Below, in pieces: positions 47,156 to 57,313 of a stretch of 64,000 nucleotides of DNA. The stretch is from IMG/VR virus record IMGVR_UViG_3300032315_001715, positions 310,001 to 374,000 of that record, one strand, 5' to 3'. The translations under genes and the position numbers were made by a program. Every line of letters starts with the position of its first letter. Position 1 is the stretch's first letter. The notes under the pieces are model-generated. The model ran no database searches and had not been told where the DNA came from. It saw only the letters and a program-made list of their open reading frames with translations.

Positions 47156-50100
47156 ATGGCCATACGTAAGTTTATTAGCAAGGAAATATCCATTAGGGGC
47201 AGCGAATACGTTGGTCACCCGGCAGAGGTATGGATCGACGACGACGGTACCAGGCTACGTGTTGGCGACGGCGTCACGCCCGGTGGTATCAACGTTGTTG
47301 ACGGTCTCGCCAACAACGGCAATTCTGTGGTGCTTGGCACCAATGGCGTGCTATCCGTTCCCGGCAGCATTTCCCTGCCGAACACCACCACCATATCTGG
47401 AAATTCCATCATCGTCGGTGAGGACGCTGCAAGCCCCTATTGGTATTCAACCCTAAACGGCACGACCCTTCCTGCGGCAACCGTTGCATCGGCCACAGCC
47501 CCGGTAGGCGGTCCACCGGTTGTCACGCTAACTGGTCAGCAGCCAGCTGCTGACAGATCAAGGGTTCGCATCGTTGGTGCCATCGGAATGACCGGCCTCA
47601 ACGACTACTGGTACACCAAGGCCACCAACAATGCAAACGAATATGAGCTGTGGGATAACTATGATCTTGACGCCTACACGGATCTCAGCGGGGAAGATCC
47701 GTATGTTGCCAATTCAGCAAGCCTAAGCTACTACGGTTACCAAGCAGTAACCCAGGGAGTGGCACATGACGCCAACGGCAACGTGTTCACGTCTGGCTAT
47801 ACCGAAAGCCAAGGAGACGATCGTGCATTTGTTGCCAAGTATAGCAGCACCGGAACCCTGCTATGGCAGCGAGTCTTCGAGGATAGCCAAAACCTCAGCG
47901 GCTGGGGCATGGCGGTAGATCCAAGCGGCAACGCATTTGCCGTGGTCAATGATGAGGAGCGGATACACATCGTCAAGCTCAACGGAGCTACAGGCGCGTT
48001 GATGTTCCAAAACGCCATAACCAGTCCTACCGGTGAATATGGTTACTATTGCGAGATCGCAAGCGATGGCCATGTTGTGCTTGGCGGTCGCATATATGAT
48101 GCTGTCACCGGTACCGATGATTTCTTGCTTGCCAAGGTCAGCAGCACCGACGGGACGCTGATATGGAGCAAGCAGCTTGGAACCACGGTTAACGAGGAAG
48201 CATTTGGTGTAGCGTGCGACCCGCGTGGACCGATCACGGTGGTCGGTGCCATGTACGATGACACGGATACGATACTTGTTGCTCGTTATGAATCCGATGG
48301 AACCCTGATATGGCAGAAAACCATTGCAAACGTTGATCCGGACTATTCAGTGGTCGGTGTTGATGTTGCCATTGACAGCCGCGGAAATGCATATCTTGCT
48401 GCTAGCACCAGTTTCGCGGAAGGCCCTGGCGAGTCGGCCGCACTAGTGATCAAGCTCAATACCGCCGGCACGGTGCAGTGGACCAGAAAGATTGGTCCGG
48501 GCGCTTGCTACACGGTTGGATTGAGCATTGCTGTTGATTCCAACGACAAGATCTACATGCTGGCAGCAAATGGGCAGCAAACGACCGACGTTCCACAGTT
48601 TGATTTCGTGCTAGCATGCTATGATGCCAACGGCGCGGTCCAATGGCAGCGCTACTGGGGCAGCAAGAACGCCTGGGAAAATGGAGCCTTTAACAATCCT
48701 GCTTCTGGTCAGTTGATCTCGCTGCATGGCAACTACATGGCGGTTGGCGGTTGGCAGTGGTTTGTTGACGACGACGGTTTCCCCTTATCAGAAATCAGTG
48801 CCGCGTTCGTGGCACAGCTTCCCAAGGATGGATCGCTGATCAGCATCGGTCAATGGACCATGCGAGCGAGCCGCTTTGCCGGTGAATTCGTCACCACGAC
48901 CTCGGTCAATTCGGAACTTACCAGCATTGACAATCCGTTGGAGCAGAGCAGCGCGACCTTTGCGATCAACGCGGGCCTGATGACATCAACCCTAACGACG
49001 GATTGGCCAACGGTTCCGCAGGAGTGGACCTTCAATGCCGACGGTAGCACCAACGTTGCCGGCGGCGTTAACCTGAACAATACCGCATGGGCCGAGGACA
49101 TTTGGAATGGTCCAGAGGTTTATTTCGTCAAGCACAATGGTGGCGATGAGATAGATGTGATCGATACTGATTTAGAGATCGCACGGGAATGGGACAGCGG
49201 AATCTATAATTTTGCGCTCGAAAATGATTATGACAGCTTTTTCAGTCCAGAGGGTACGGAATGGAACAGCGACGGTTGGAGTGATCTCAGCAACGTTACG
49301 GACCGTAGCTACGAGACCTGGGAGGATGTTGTGTACTCCTTCAGCGGCATCATAGGTCGAGAGCTGGTGATGCATGACACGATAAATGACAAGTATTACA
49401 CCATCAAGTTTCTCAGTTGGCAGTCAGGCTCCGTGGGCGGAGGATTCAGCTATGTTCGCAGGCAGATCAACACTGCTGCATACTTCACCAAGACATCCGA
49501 GGGAAGCGAGATTGATCAGATAGACATTGGTCTGAGCATCACTCGCGGAGACTATGGTATCATCTACAATCCGGCAGCAGGTGAGACCGACTACGACAAT
49601 GACTACAGCCCCTTAAACACCCTGTGGAACGGTGACGGCTGGAGCGATCTAGGCAACCTAGAATCACGCCAGTGGTTGAGCTTCTACGGCATCATGGGGG
49701 GCAACAACGTTGGCAAGCGAATTCTTGGTCGCGAATGGATCATGTGGGATACCAACAACAACGAGTACTACGCCATCGAGTTCACCAACTGGCAACCCGG
49801 TAGCAACGGCGGTGCATTCAGCTACATCCGTCGCAAGGTCAGCAAGACCAACTACACCACGGGTGTCACGTTTGCCGACGGTACCACCCAAACAACGGCA
49901 TTCGATGAGGCAGCAGCAGGCATACTTCCGCAGAAGAAGTATGACGTTGATGACGATCGCTGGTTGAACATCGACGATGTTGGCAAGCACATCCTGATCA
50001 CGCAAAGTGGTACTGATCTAGAACTACCCGATGCGCAGGACCAGCCGTGGAGGATTGGTCACACCATAACCATCGTGAACCGCAGCGGTGGTAGCATATA

Positions 50101-50290
50101 TCTCAACAAGGATAACGACAATGAAAACGGAACCATTTATGGCGCAGGTACTGCTGACAGTTCCACAAGTTGGGAAATCCCGGATACGGGCGGCGGCAAC
50201 ATCTGCACGCTGATATGCATTGAAATGTACGGCTACGATAGCCAGACCGTGAACTGGATGCTGAGTGGCCCTGGAATAGTGACGAACTAA
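47156..50290 (+). CDS. tail/adhesin protein with beta-propeller and duplicated domain
   Basis: LRVGDGVTPGG head motif; repeated K.ss.GtliW blades; two ~110 aa repeats. Confidence 0.72.
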   Translation: MAIRKFISKEISIRGSEYVGHPAEVWIDDDGTRLRVGDGVTPGGINVVDGLANNGNSVVLGTNGVLSVPGSISLPNTTTISGNSIIVGEDAASPYWYSTLNGTTLPAATVASATAPVGGPPVVTLTGQQPAADRSRVRIVGAIGMTGLNDYWYTKATNNANEYELWDNYDLDAYTDLSGEDPYVANSASLSYYGYQAVTQGVAHDANGNVFTSGYTESQGDDRAFVAKYSSTGTLLWQRVFEDSQNLSGWGMAVDPSGNAFAVVNDEERIHIVKLNGATGALMFQNAITSPTGEYGYYCEIASDGHVVLGGRIYDAVTGTDDFLLAKVSSTDGTLIWSKQLGTTVNEEAFGVACDPRGPITVVGAMYDDTDTILVARYESDGTLIWQKTIANVDPDYSVVGVDVAIDSRGNAYLAASTSFAEGPGESAALVIKLNTAGTVQWTRKIGPGACYTVGLSIAVDSNDKIYMLAANGQQTTDVPQFDFVLACYDANGAVQWQRYWGSKNAWENGAFNNPASGQLISLHGNYMAVGGWQWFVDDDGFPLSEISAAFVAQLPKDGSLISIGQWTMRASRFAGEFVTTTSVNSELTSIDNPLEQSSATFAINAGLMTSTLTTDWPTVPQEWTFNADGSTNVAGGVNLNNTAWAEDIWNGPEVYFVKHNGGDEIDVIDTDLEIAREWDSGIYNFALENDYDSFFSPEGTEWNSDGWSDLSNVTDRSYETWEDVVYSFSGIIGRELVMHDTINDKYYTIKFLSWQSGSVGGGFSYVRRQINTAAYFTKTSEGSEIDQIDIGLSITRGDYGIIYNPAAGETDYDNDYSPLNTLWNGDGWSDLGNLESRQWLSFYGIMGGNNVGKRILGREWIMWDTNNNEYYAIEFTNWQPGSNGGAFSYIRRKVSKTNYTTGVTFADGTTQTTAFDEAAAGILPQKKYDVDDDRWLNIDDVGKHILITQSGTDLELPDAQDQPWRIGHTITIVNRSGGSIYLNKDNDNENGTIYGAGTADSSTSWEIPDTGGGNICTLICIEMYGYDSQTVNWMLSGPGIVTN

Positions 50291-50294
50291 CGCC

Positions 50295-51014
50295 ATGAGA
50301 GCCATACAAACAATCATCGCAGGAACATCATACATACGTGGAGGTGCTGCACCGGATCTTAACTATCCGGTGCCAGGGTCAGGAGCATATCGCACCGCTG
50401 CTACAGCGTTGTCGGGTATTTCATATGCAGACATAGGCGTGCCAGCGGCGGCAACCGGTGGTGTAAATGACGTAGCCGACGGCGTAAACGGATTATGGAG
50501 ACGCAAGTACGACGGGAACTTCTGTGCAGGTTCTGCCGATACCGTGGGCAGCTACGATCTAAATTGGTTCACAGGCAAGACACCCTTGCAGTCAGAGTAT
50601 GACGGCCACCTGAGTTGGGGATTCCAGCTTGACGGCCCCGGTGTGGGCCAGCATAACTTCAGCATGGAATGGCTGGGTTACATACAGCTCTCCACCCAAA
50701 AGTGGAACTTTTATGTGGAGAGCGACGATACCTGTGCCGTGTGGATAGGTGCGGATGCTGTTAGTGGATTTAGTGCCGTAAACTGCCTGGTATCCAGCTC
50801 TAACAAGACACTGCCTGGATCTGCTACCGATAGCCAAAGCAGCAACAGCCTTAGCTTTGATGGTACCAAATATTATCCCATAAGGATTTGGTTTAGTGAG
50901 TTCACCGGCGGCTGCAAATTCCAATTATATGCACTGGGCGAGGATGGCACAAAAATGGCTGGTAATGACATGGGCAGATTTGTCAATAACACCACCAAGG
51001 GTTTCAACCCATAA
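50295..51014 (+). CDS. PA14-domain protein
   Basis: FSMEWLGYI, ESDD..AVWIG, YYPIRIWFSEFTGG. Confidence 0.7.
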   Translation: MRAIQTIIAGTSYIRGGAAPDLNYPVPGSGAYRTAATALSGISYADIGVPAAATGGVNDVADGVNGLWRRKYDGNFCAGSADTVGSYDLNWFTGKTPLQSEYDGHLSWGFQLDGPGVGQHNFSMEWLGYIQLSTQKWNFYVESDDTCAVWIGADAVSGFSAVNCLVSSSNKTLPGSATDSQSSNSLSFDGTKYYPIRIWFSEFTGGCKFQLYALGEDGTKMAGNDMGRFVNNTTKGFNP

Positions 51015-51043
51015 CATACCCCACATGCAATTGACCTAAGATG

Positions 51044-51076
51044 AAAACGGTAAGATAGCGCATATCTTACCGTTTT
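51044..51076. terminator. intrinsic terminator
   Basis: AAAACGGTAAGATA-GCGCA-TATCTTACCGTTTT. Confidence 0.75.
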
Positions 51077-51159
51077 CCATGGATATATGTTCTGACGGAA
51101 CTTGATGTTGGGCCCATGGTTGATTGACGTTGCACGGTGGTAGTTAGCATGCTTGCGCC

Positions 51160-51366
51160 ATGCTGACATTGATCAAGATAGAAATCACGCTGTTCGTGAT
51201 CACCGCCGCCGTTATATTGATTTGCTACATGGCATCCAATGGGTGTGATCCGTCCCGTGAGAAAGGACGCCAGCAGATGTTACAGCACCTTGGACGATAT
51301 GCGATATTTTTTACAATGGTCTTATTTGTTGTGATTCTCGTCACGGCAATTTGGACGTTTGTTTAA
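51160..51366 (+). CDS. small two-TM membrane protein
   Basis: Two hydrophobic helices. Confidence 0.5.
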   Translation: MLTLIKIEITLFVITAAVILICYMASNGCDPSREKGRQQMLQHLGRYAIFFTMVLFVVILVTAIWTFV

Positions 51367-51370
51367 TAGG

Positions 51371-51399
51371 TTGACGCCGCAACACAGATATCTTATAAG
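51371..51399 (+). promoter_or_regulatory. sigma70-type promoter for NAD salvage operon
   Basis: TTGACG-N17-TATAAG. Confidence 0.7.
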
Positions 51400-51465
51400 T
51401 ATAAGCAAGGAAGATGGGATAGACCCTAACACCGGACTACACAACAGCCAGATAGGAGCTATCAA

Positions 51466-52563
51466 ATGGCACACAAGTACGATATGGCCGTATTCATCGG
51501 CCGATTCCAACCATTCCATCTAGGTCACCGAGCGGTGATCGAACAGGGGCTTGAACAAGCAGACCACGTCGTGGTGCTTGTTGGCTCCGCCCGCAGCCCG
51601 CGTTGCCATCGCAATCCGTTCAGCTTTGCCGAGCGCAAGGAAATGATCCTCGGTGCATTTTCCGGTGAGGTTCGCGATCGGGTCATCGTCCTGCCACTCG
51701 AGGATGCTGCATACAATGATGCGCAGTGGGTCCTCAATGTGCAAAAGCAGGTAGAGCAGGGTGCATGGTACGCCGGTCTGGCTGGTGCTACACTAGGTAC
51801 AATTTCCGAGAAGGTCCGCGTTGCGCTCATCGGTCACAGCAAGGACGCAACCAGCTACTATCTCAAGCTGTTCCCGCAGTGGGATAACATTGAGGTGTCC
51901 AATTTCCGAGATCTCAACGGCACGCTGATCCGCAGCACGTTTTTCAGCAACATCGGACACATGTGGGTCAAGGACGCTGACGGTCACCGCGCCGGCGATC
52001 TCCCGCGTGATGCAACCATCACTGGCAACGTGCGAGAGTTCCTCGAAGGATTCATTGACACGCCAGAATACAAGCTGATCCGGGATGAAAACGAGTTCAT
52101 CCGCAAGTACCGTGCGAGCTGGGCATCAGCGCCTTACGCACCGACATTCGTTACCGTGGATGCCATCGTGGTGCAGAGTGGACATGTGCTGCTGGTGCGC
52201 CGAGGTGCCAACCCGGGCAAGGGACTGTGGGCCATGCCTGGCGGGTTCATCAACGCTGATGAACGCATCCGCAATGCCGTGATCCGCGAGCTTCGTGAGG
52301 AAACCGGCATCAAGGTGCCTGATGCGGTGCTGCGTGGTAGCATTGTTGAACAGGACGTGTTTGACGATCCCAATCGATCGGCACGTGGACGCACGATCAC
52401 GCATGCGTTCCTCATCAAGCTGCGTGACGAGACCGCGCTGCCCAAGGTCAAGGGCATGGACGATGCTGACAAGGCACGATGGGTTCCCATCAGCCAGCTC
52501 AAGCCCGAGGATTTTTTTGAAGATCACTACCATATAGTGATGTCAATGTTGGCTCGGATCTGA
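51466..52563 (+). CDS. nadM: bifunctional NMN adenylyltransferase / ADP-ribose pyrophosphatase (NadM-Nudix)
   Basis: GRFQPFHLGH, RNPFSFAER; Nudix box GGF...AVIRELREETG. Confidence 0.95.
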   Translation: MAHKYDMAVFIGRFQPFHLGHRAVIEQGLEQADHVVVLVGSARSPRCHRNPFSFAERKEMILGAFSGEVRDRVIVLPLEDAAYNDAQWVLNVQKQVEQGAWYAGLAGATLGTISEKVRVALIGHSKDATSYYLKLFPQWDNIEVSNFRDLNGTLIRSTFFSNIGHMWVKDADGHRAGDLPRDATITGNVREFLEGFIDTPEYKLIRDENEFIRKYRASWASAPYAPTFVTVDAIVVQSGHVLLVRRGANPGKGLWAMPGGFINADERIRNAVIRELREETGIKVPDAVLRGSIVEQDVFDDPNRSARGRTITHAFLIKLRDETALPKVKGMDDADKARWVPISQLKPEDFFEDHYHIVMSMLARI

Positions 52564-52566
52564 ATC

Positions 52567-52938
52567 ATGTACACCGTGCAAGAAATGCGCGACATCGTCG
52601 CCCTGTGCCGGTTCGAGGAGTGGAACATCGTGGTTCGCATGGATGGAACTCGGCCGTATCTCCAGGTACATGCACCCAATGGACGGGATGCTGAAACCGG
52701 CTTGCCCATGCCATGGACCGGTCGCAAGTGGATGCTGAGTCCCCATATGTGCAAGAACGAGATCGTCACCACGGCTTTCAAGGCGGTGATGACTGCCATG
52801 GAGCATGAGGTCCGTGAGAGCTTTCGTTATCGCGGTGTAGCGATCTTCAATCCGCACCAGGACCCGGATAAGCTCGTTGACTTTGTCAGCGATGATGCTA
52901 ATATGCAAGAGAGAACTAACGTGGCGTTTGCCGCGTAA
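52567..52938 (+). CDS. conserved phage hypothetical protein
   Basis: WTGRKWMLSPHM...AMEHEVRESF; lies between NAD genes. Confidence 0.75.
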   Translation: MYTVQEMRDIVALCRFEEWNIVVRMDGTRPYLQVHAPNGRDAETGLPMPWTGRKWMLSPHMCKNEIVTTAFKAVMTAMEHEVRESFRYRGVAIFNPHQDPDKLVDFVSDDANMQERTNVAFAA

Positions 52939-52995
52939 TCCAATACTACCCCGTGGGGATAGACCCCGCGGACAACAAAGCAAAGGAGATTTGCA

Positions 52996-54387
52996 ATGCG
53001 TTATAATCTACTGTTGGATACCGACAGCTACAAGGCAAGCCATGCCTTCCAGTATCCGCCGAACACCACCCGGGTATTCAGCTACATCGAAAGCCGAGGT
53101 GGCGAATTTGATCGCACGGTGTTCTTCGGCCTGCAGATGTACCTCAAGCAATACCTGTCCACGCCCATTACCCAGGACATGGTCGATGAGGCCGCAGAAT
53201 TCTGGGCCGCACACGGCGAGCCCTTCAATCGCGAAGGCTGGGAATACATCGTCAATGCACACGGCGGTCGCCTGCCGGTGGTGATCAAGGCCGTTCGCGA
53301 GGGTGCGGTGATCCCGACCCGCAACGTCTTGCTCACCATAGAAAACACCGATCCGCGGTGCTTCTGGCTCACCTCCTTCCTGGAAACCGCGTTGCTGCGT
53401 GCCGTTTGGTACCCGACGACGGTGGCCACGCTGAGCTGGCACGGCAAGCAGATCATTCGGTCCGCCCTGGCAACGTCCGCCGAGGACGTTGAGGGCCAGC
53501 TGCCGTTTAAGCTGCACGACTTTGGTGCCCGCGGTGTAAGCTCCCGGGAGAGCGCCGGTCTCGGTGCCGCTGCCCACCTGGTGAACTTCATGGGATCGGA
53601 CACCGTCACCGGTGTTCTCTACGCCCGGGAATTCTATGGCGCTCCCATGGCAGGGTTTTCCATCCCCGCTGCTGAACACTCGACCATCACCAGCTGGGGT
53701 CGCAGCCGTGAAGCTGACGCATATGCCAACATGCTGGCACAGTTTGGCAAGCCCGGTGCGCTGTTTGCCGTGGTCAGCGACAGCTATGACATCATGAACG
53801 CTGCGCGGGAGATCTGGGGCGGCGACCTCAAGCGGTCGGTGATGTCCAGTGGTTCCACCCTGGTGGTGCGTCCGGACAGCGGCGACCCACTGACGGTGCC
53901 GGTGGATGTCGTGGAAGCACTGGGCGAGCGGTTCGGCTACACCCTGAACTCCAAGGGGTTCCGCGTGTTGCCGAGCTGCGTGCGGGTGATCCAGGGAGAT
54001 GGCATCACCATCAACAGCCTGCCCAAGATCCTGGGCAATCTGCTCGGTTGTGGTTGGAGCGCGGACAACATGGCGTTTGGCATGGGCGGCGGGCTGTTGC
54101 AGCTGGTCAACCGCGATACGTTGAAGTTTGCCATGAAATGCTCGGCTGCCATGATCGACGGCGAATGGGTTGACGTGTTCAAGGATCCCATCACCGACGC
54201 TGGCAAGCAGAGCAAGCGGGGCCAGCTGATGCTGACCCGGGAGACCGGCAAGTGGGAGACCATGCGACTGGGCAGCGGTTTTGACTGGGCCAACAGCCTG
54301 CACACCGTGTGGCAAAATGGCGAGCTTGTGCGGGATTGGACCTTTGATGAGGTGCGTGCGGCCAGCAACGAGCCCGTGCTTGATTAA
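52996..54387 (+). CDS. nadV: nicotinamide phosphoribosyltransferase
   Basis: DTDSYKASH, LHDFGARG, IPAAEHS, VSDSYD, RPDSGDP, IQGDGI, FGMGG. Confidence 0.96.
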   Translation: MRYNLLLDTDSYKASHAFQYPPNTTRVFSYIESRGGEFDRTVFFGLQMYLKQYLSTPITQDMVDEAAEFWAAHGEPFNREGWEYIVNAHGGRLPVVIKAVREGAVIPTRNVLLTIENTDPRCFWLTSFLETALLRAVWYPTTVATLSWHGKQIIRSALATSAEDVEGQLPFKLHDFGARGVSSRESAGLGAAAHLVNFMGSDTVTGVLYAREFYGAPMAGFSIPAAEHSTITSWGRSREADAYANMLAQFGKPGALFAVVSDSYDIMNAAREIWGGDLKRSVMSSGSTLVVRPDSGDPLTVPVDVVEALGERFGYTLNSKGFRVLPSCVRVIQGDGITINSLPKILGNLLGCGWSADNMAFGMGGGLLQLVNRDTLKFAMKCSAAMIDGEWVDVFKDPITDAGKQSKRGQLMLTRETGKWETMRLGSGFDWANSLHTVWQNGELVRDWTFDEVRAASNEPVLD

Positions 54388-54413
54388 CGGCCCTGCATAA
54401 TTGAATTGAAAAA

Positions 54414-54437
54414 CCCGGTTGGTGTATGCCAACCGGG
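54414..54437. terminator. hairpin terminator between convergent genes
   Basis: CCCGGTTGG-N6-CCAACCGGG with A/T flanks. Confidence 0.65.
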
Positions 54438-54453
54438 GATTTTCATGATCGAG

Positions 54454-54750
54454 TTAGATATTTTCTCGAGTCGATGTTGTCACTATGTTGTGTTCTAGAT
54501 TATGTATATTTTGATCTATCCGACCCTCACGGGCCACGGGGTCATTGACCCATTCGTCAAATGCACCATCCTGCCATACGGTAAATCCAGACATGGTTAG
54601 CTGATCCTCTGATATCGTCGAGCCGCGATCAATGATTTTTCCGGTTTCTCGATATAAACTGTTGGTATGGTCTGCGATCGGCTTTGGCCATGTGTACCAC
54701 GGTGTATCAATGGTTGGCCGAGTTGCGGTGTAGATGATCTTCTCTGGCAT
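54454..54750 (-). CDS. hypothetical protein
   Basis: GGAG RBS, TAAATA at 54783-54788. Confidence 0.65.
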   Translation of the reverse strand: MPEKIIYTATRPTIDTPWYTWPKPIADHTNSLYRETGKIIDRGSTISEDQLTMSGFTVWQDGAFDEWVNDPVAREGRIDQNIHNLEHNIVTTSTRENI

Positions 54751-54869
54751 TATAAATGCTCTCCATAATATTGGCTATCAAATATTTATCCACATGGATG
54801 GATATCATTTGGTTATTTGATCGACGCACCGATGGATACCGCAACACACTCAACAACAAGATGGTGCTG

Positions 54870-55330
54870 ATATCGTGGTAATGTATCCACGTGCGGAAGG
54901 GTTGGTTTCCAACAGGAACGCGAACAAACGGATGAACCATCCATTCGACCGGGAAGCACGGCTGTGCCTATTGACATGAATCTCATCGGCCCGAGCCCGG
55001 ATATATTGACAGCAAATGGCAATCGCTGTCGCAAATCATCTTCTCCGGTGAGGCCGGACGACAAAATGGATCGCTCTATCTGGTCATGGATAACGATCAG
55101 GACCAACAAGGATTAGCGTGTTTTCCTGGTTGATTTGCCGCTGCTGGACCGTGTTGGTCCGAGATGTGCATCGTGATGCTGGTACCGGGCAACCGCCAGC
55201 GACCTAGAATGGTCTAGCATGTAACACCCTGTGGACGCTGCCTATATGCAGTTTTCGTTTACATCTCTCCCAGAATATCGGGGGAGAGTATGGTCAGTAG
55301 CCAACTACCGGCTGCAAACTGCCGTGTGAT
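54870..55330 (+). ncRNA. large structured ncRNA, unassigned family, copy B
   Basis: Intergenic between divergent genes; collinear homolog of 4535-4995 with compensatory changes; GCAA tetraloop supports + strand; ends approximate. Confidence 0.8.
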
Positions 55331-55387
55331 CGAATGACGCAGGTAAATACCACACAAACAAATATCCCATCTGCGGAGCTCCGTGCA

Positions 55388-57256
55388 ATGACTGATTTTT
55401 TCAAACCAACCAATCGACCTTCCAATCTGCATGAGACCCTGCAATACAGCAACGTTGGTCTTGCTGAAATGCGTGTTGCAGCAATGGCTGGTCCAGATGC
55501 TCCGCTGCATGTGTTCGTGGACAATACTGAACCCATGCCGGTGACGCTGGGATCAGAAACCATAACCATCATAGGTAACATCGCCGTACCCACCACGGTG
55601 AATGTTACATCCACGCCCACCGATCCCGTGCATGTGCATCTAACCGAGGTTGGATCCAGTGGGTTGCTCGACGTGGCTTATCTACCGGTTGGGCAATCTA
55701 CCTCACCATGGATCGTAGTTGGCAATGTGAACATAGCCACCACCAATGGTGGTATTGAGGTCAACAACGACACGGGTAATCCGTTGCGCATCATCGGCAA
55801 TGTCAACACCACGGTCATTAGCACGGTTTCTGTCACACAGGGAACCTCTCCTTGGGTGGTGATCGGCAACACCAACATCACCAATACACCTACCGTTGCG
55901 CTATCAAGCAACGCGGTCACGGCTACGCAGGGAACATCTCCTTGGGTGATGTCAGGCAACGTGAATGCCAGCATCACGGGCACGGTGACAACGACCGTCG
56001 TGGCAGGTGCCACGGATGCGTTTGGTAGGTTGAGGACCTCTGATGGGTTCACCCTGGGAGACTACAAGCATACATATGGAATTGATCCGAATTTCAGGGA
56101 CACCCTTATTAACGGCGGTACCGTCACCCACATACCCAACCAAGCAGCCGCAAGGCTTGCCACGAGCAACAACGTGGCCAGCCGTGCCATACACCAGACC
56201 AAGATGTACCACAACTACATGCCCGGTAAGAGCCAATTGATCGAAAGCACCATCAACTTTTACGAGGCCACGGCCAACGTGACCAAGCGCACGGGCTATT
56301 TCGACGATCTCAACGGCATCTACTTTGAGCAGACCGGTATCGGCGAGCTGGCATTTGTGATAAGGACCAACACCAGTGGCACTCCCAGCGATGTCCGACG
56401 GGTTACGCAATCCCAGTGGAACCAAAATACCTGCAACACCGCGATCGCGGGCACGTCAACCGACGGGTCTAACTACGGGGTATTTGGTACATGGAACCTG
56501 GATATCACCAAGACGCAGATATTCTGGACCGACTTCCAGTGGTTGGGCGTTGGGCGCGTGCGTTGTGGGTTCATCCACAACGGTGAGACCGTCGTAGCAC
56601 ATGAGTTCTACAACAGCAACAACCTACCAGTGGTGTACATGGCCAATCCAAATCTGCCCATTCGCTGTGAGATATTGAACACCGGTGTCACCGCAGGAGC
56701 GTTCTTTGACCAGATATGCTCCACGGTGATATCCGAGGGCGGATATTCGGAAAGTGGGATAGACTTTAGTATCAACTCTGGTACAACAGGTCAAGCAGTG
56801 ACCCTCGCCAACGGGGTGTATCCCATACTGGCCTGGAGGTTGAAGAACACGTTCAGGGGCTATCCTAACCGCGTGGTGGTTCGTCCCGGAAACATGAACA
56901 TCTATGCCGAAAACCGTCCTGCTTACTGGACGCTGATCAAGCTGGATAGCCTGAGCAACATAACCCTTGGTAGCAGCACCTGGACCAGCGCCGACGACGA
57001 CTCTGCCGTGGAATACAACCTCACCGCCACGGCATTCACCGGCGGCGACAGAATGGATGGAGGCTTACTGGGAACCACCAGCCCAGGCGGCAGGGGCACT
57101 GGTGTTGCTCCTATCAATAATCCTAGCTTGGCCAAGAAGAACTTCATCGCACAGAACCAGGATTCAACCAATAGCGAGATATATGTCCTGTGTGCCCAAG
57201 CAATTGGCGGCACGACCACGGTTTGGTGTGACGTTCAGTGGCGCGAGATCTACTAG
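55388..57256 (+). CDS. virion structural protein with VTQGTSPW-type repeats
   Basis: Repeats then conserved DAFGRLR...YMPGKSQ...DFQWLGVGRVRCGF domain; start moved to 55388 (TAAATA 55344, GGAG); ends in TAG. Confidence 0.7.
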   Translation: MTDFFKPTNRPSNLHETLQYSNVGLAEMRVAAMAGPDAPLHVFVDNTEPMPVTLGSETITIIGNIAVPTTVNVTSTPTDPVHVHLTEVGSSGLLDVAYLPVGQSTSPWIVVGNVNIATTNGGIEVNNDTGNPLRIIGNVNTTVISTVSVTQGTSPWVVIGNTNITNTPTVALSSNAVTATQGTSPWVMSGNVNASITGTVTTTVVAGATDAFGRLRTSDGFTLGDYKHTYGIDPNFRDTLINGGTVTHIPNQAAARLATSNNVASRAIHQTKMYHNYMPGKSQLIESTINFYEATANVTKRTGYFDDLNGIYFEQTGIGELAFVIRTNTSGTPSDVRRVTQSQWNQNTCNTAIAGTSTDGSNYGVFGTWNLDITKTQIFWTDFQWLGVGRVRCGFIHNGETVVAHEFYNSNNLPVVYMANPNLPIRCEILNTGVTAGAFFDQICSTVISEGGYSESGIDFSINSGTTGQAVTLANGVYPILAWRLKNTFRGYPNRVVVRPGNMNIYAENRPAYWTLIKLDSLSNITLGSSTWTSADDDSAVEYNLTATAFTGGDRMDGGLLGTTSPGGRGTGVAPINNPSLAKKNFIAQNQDSTNSEIYVLCAQAIGGTTTVWCDVQWREIY

Positions 57257-57313
57257 TGGCAACGGCAAGCCCGTAACAAGTTGTACATGCGTTGATCAGG
57301 TTGATAAAAGTTC

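Noticed and set aside
53008-54432. 474-aa minus-strand ORF (and 53082-53609)
   Set aside because: Antisense shadow of the GC-rich NAMPT gene; no motifs of its own.
42713-57256. Genome-wide TAG reassignment (code 15)
   Set aside because: Long structural and lysis genes contain no in-frame TAG, and no gene in the window appears split by TAG.
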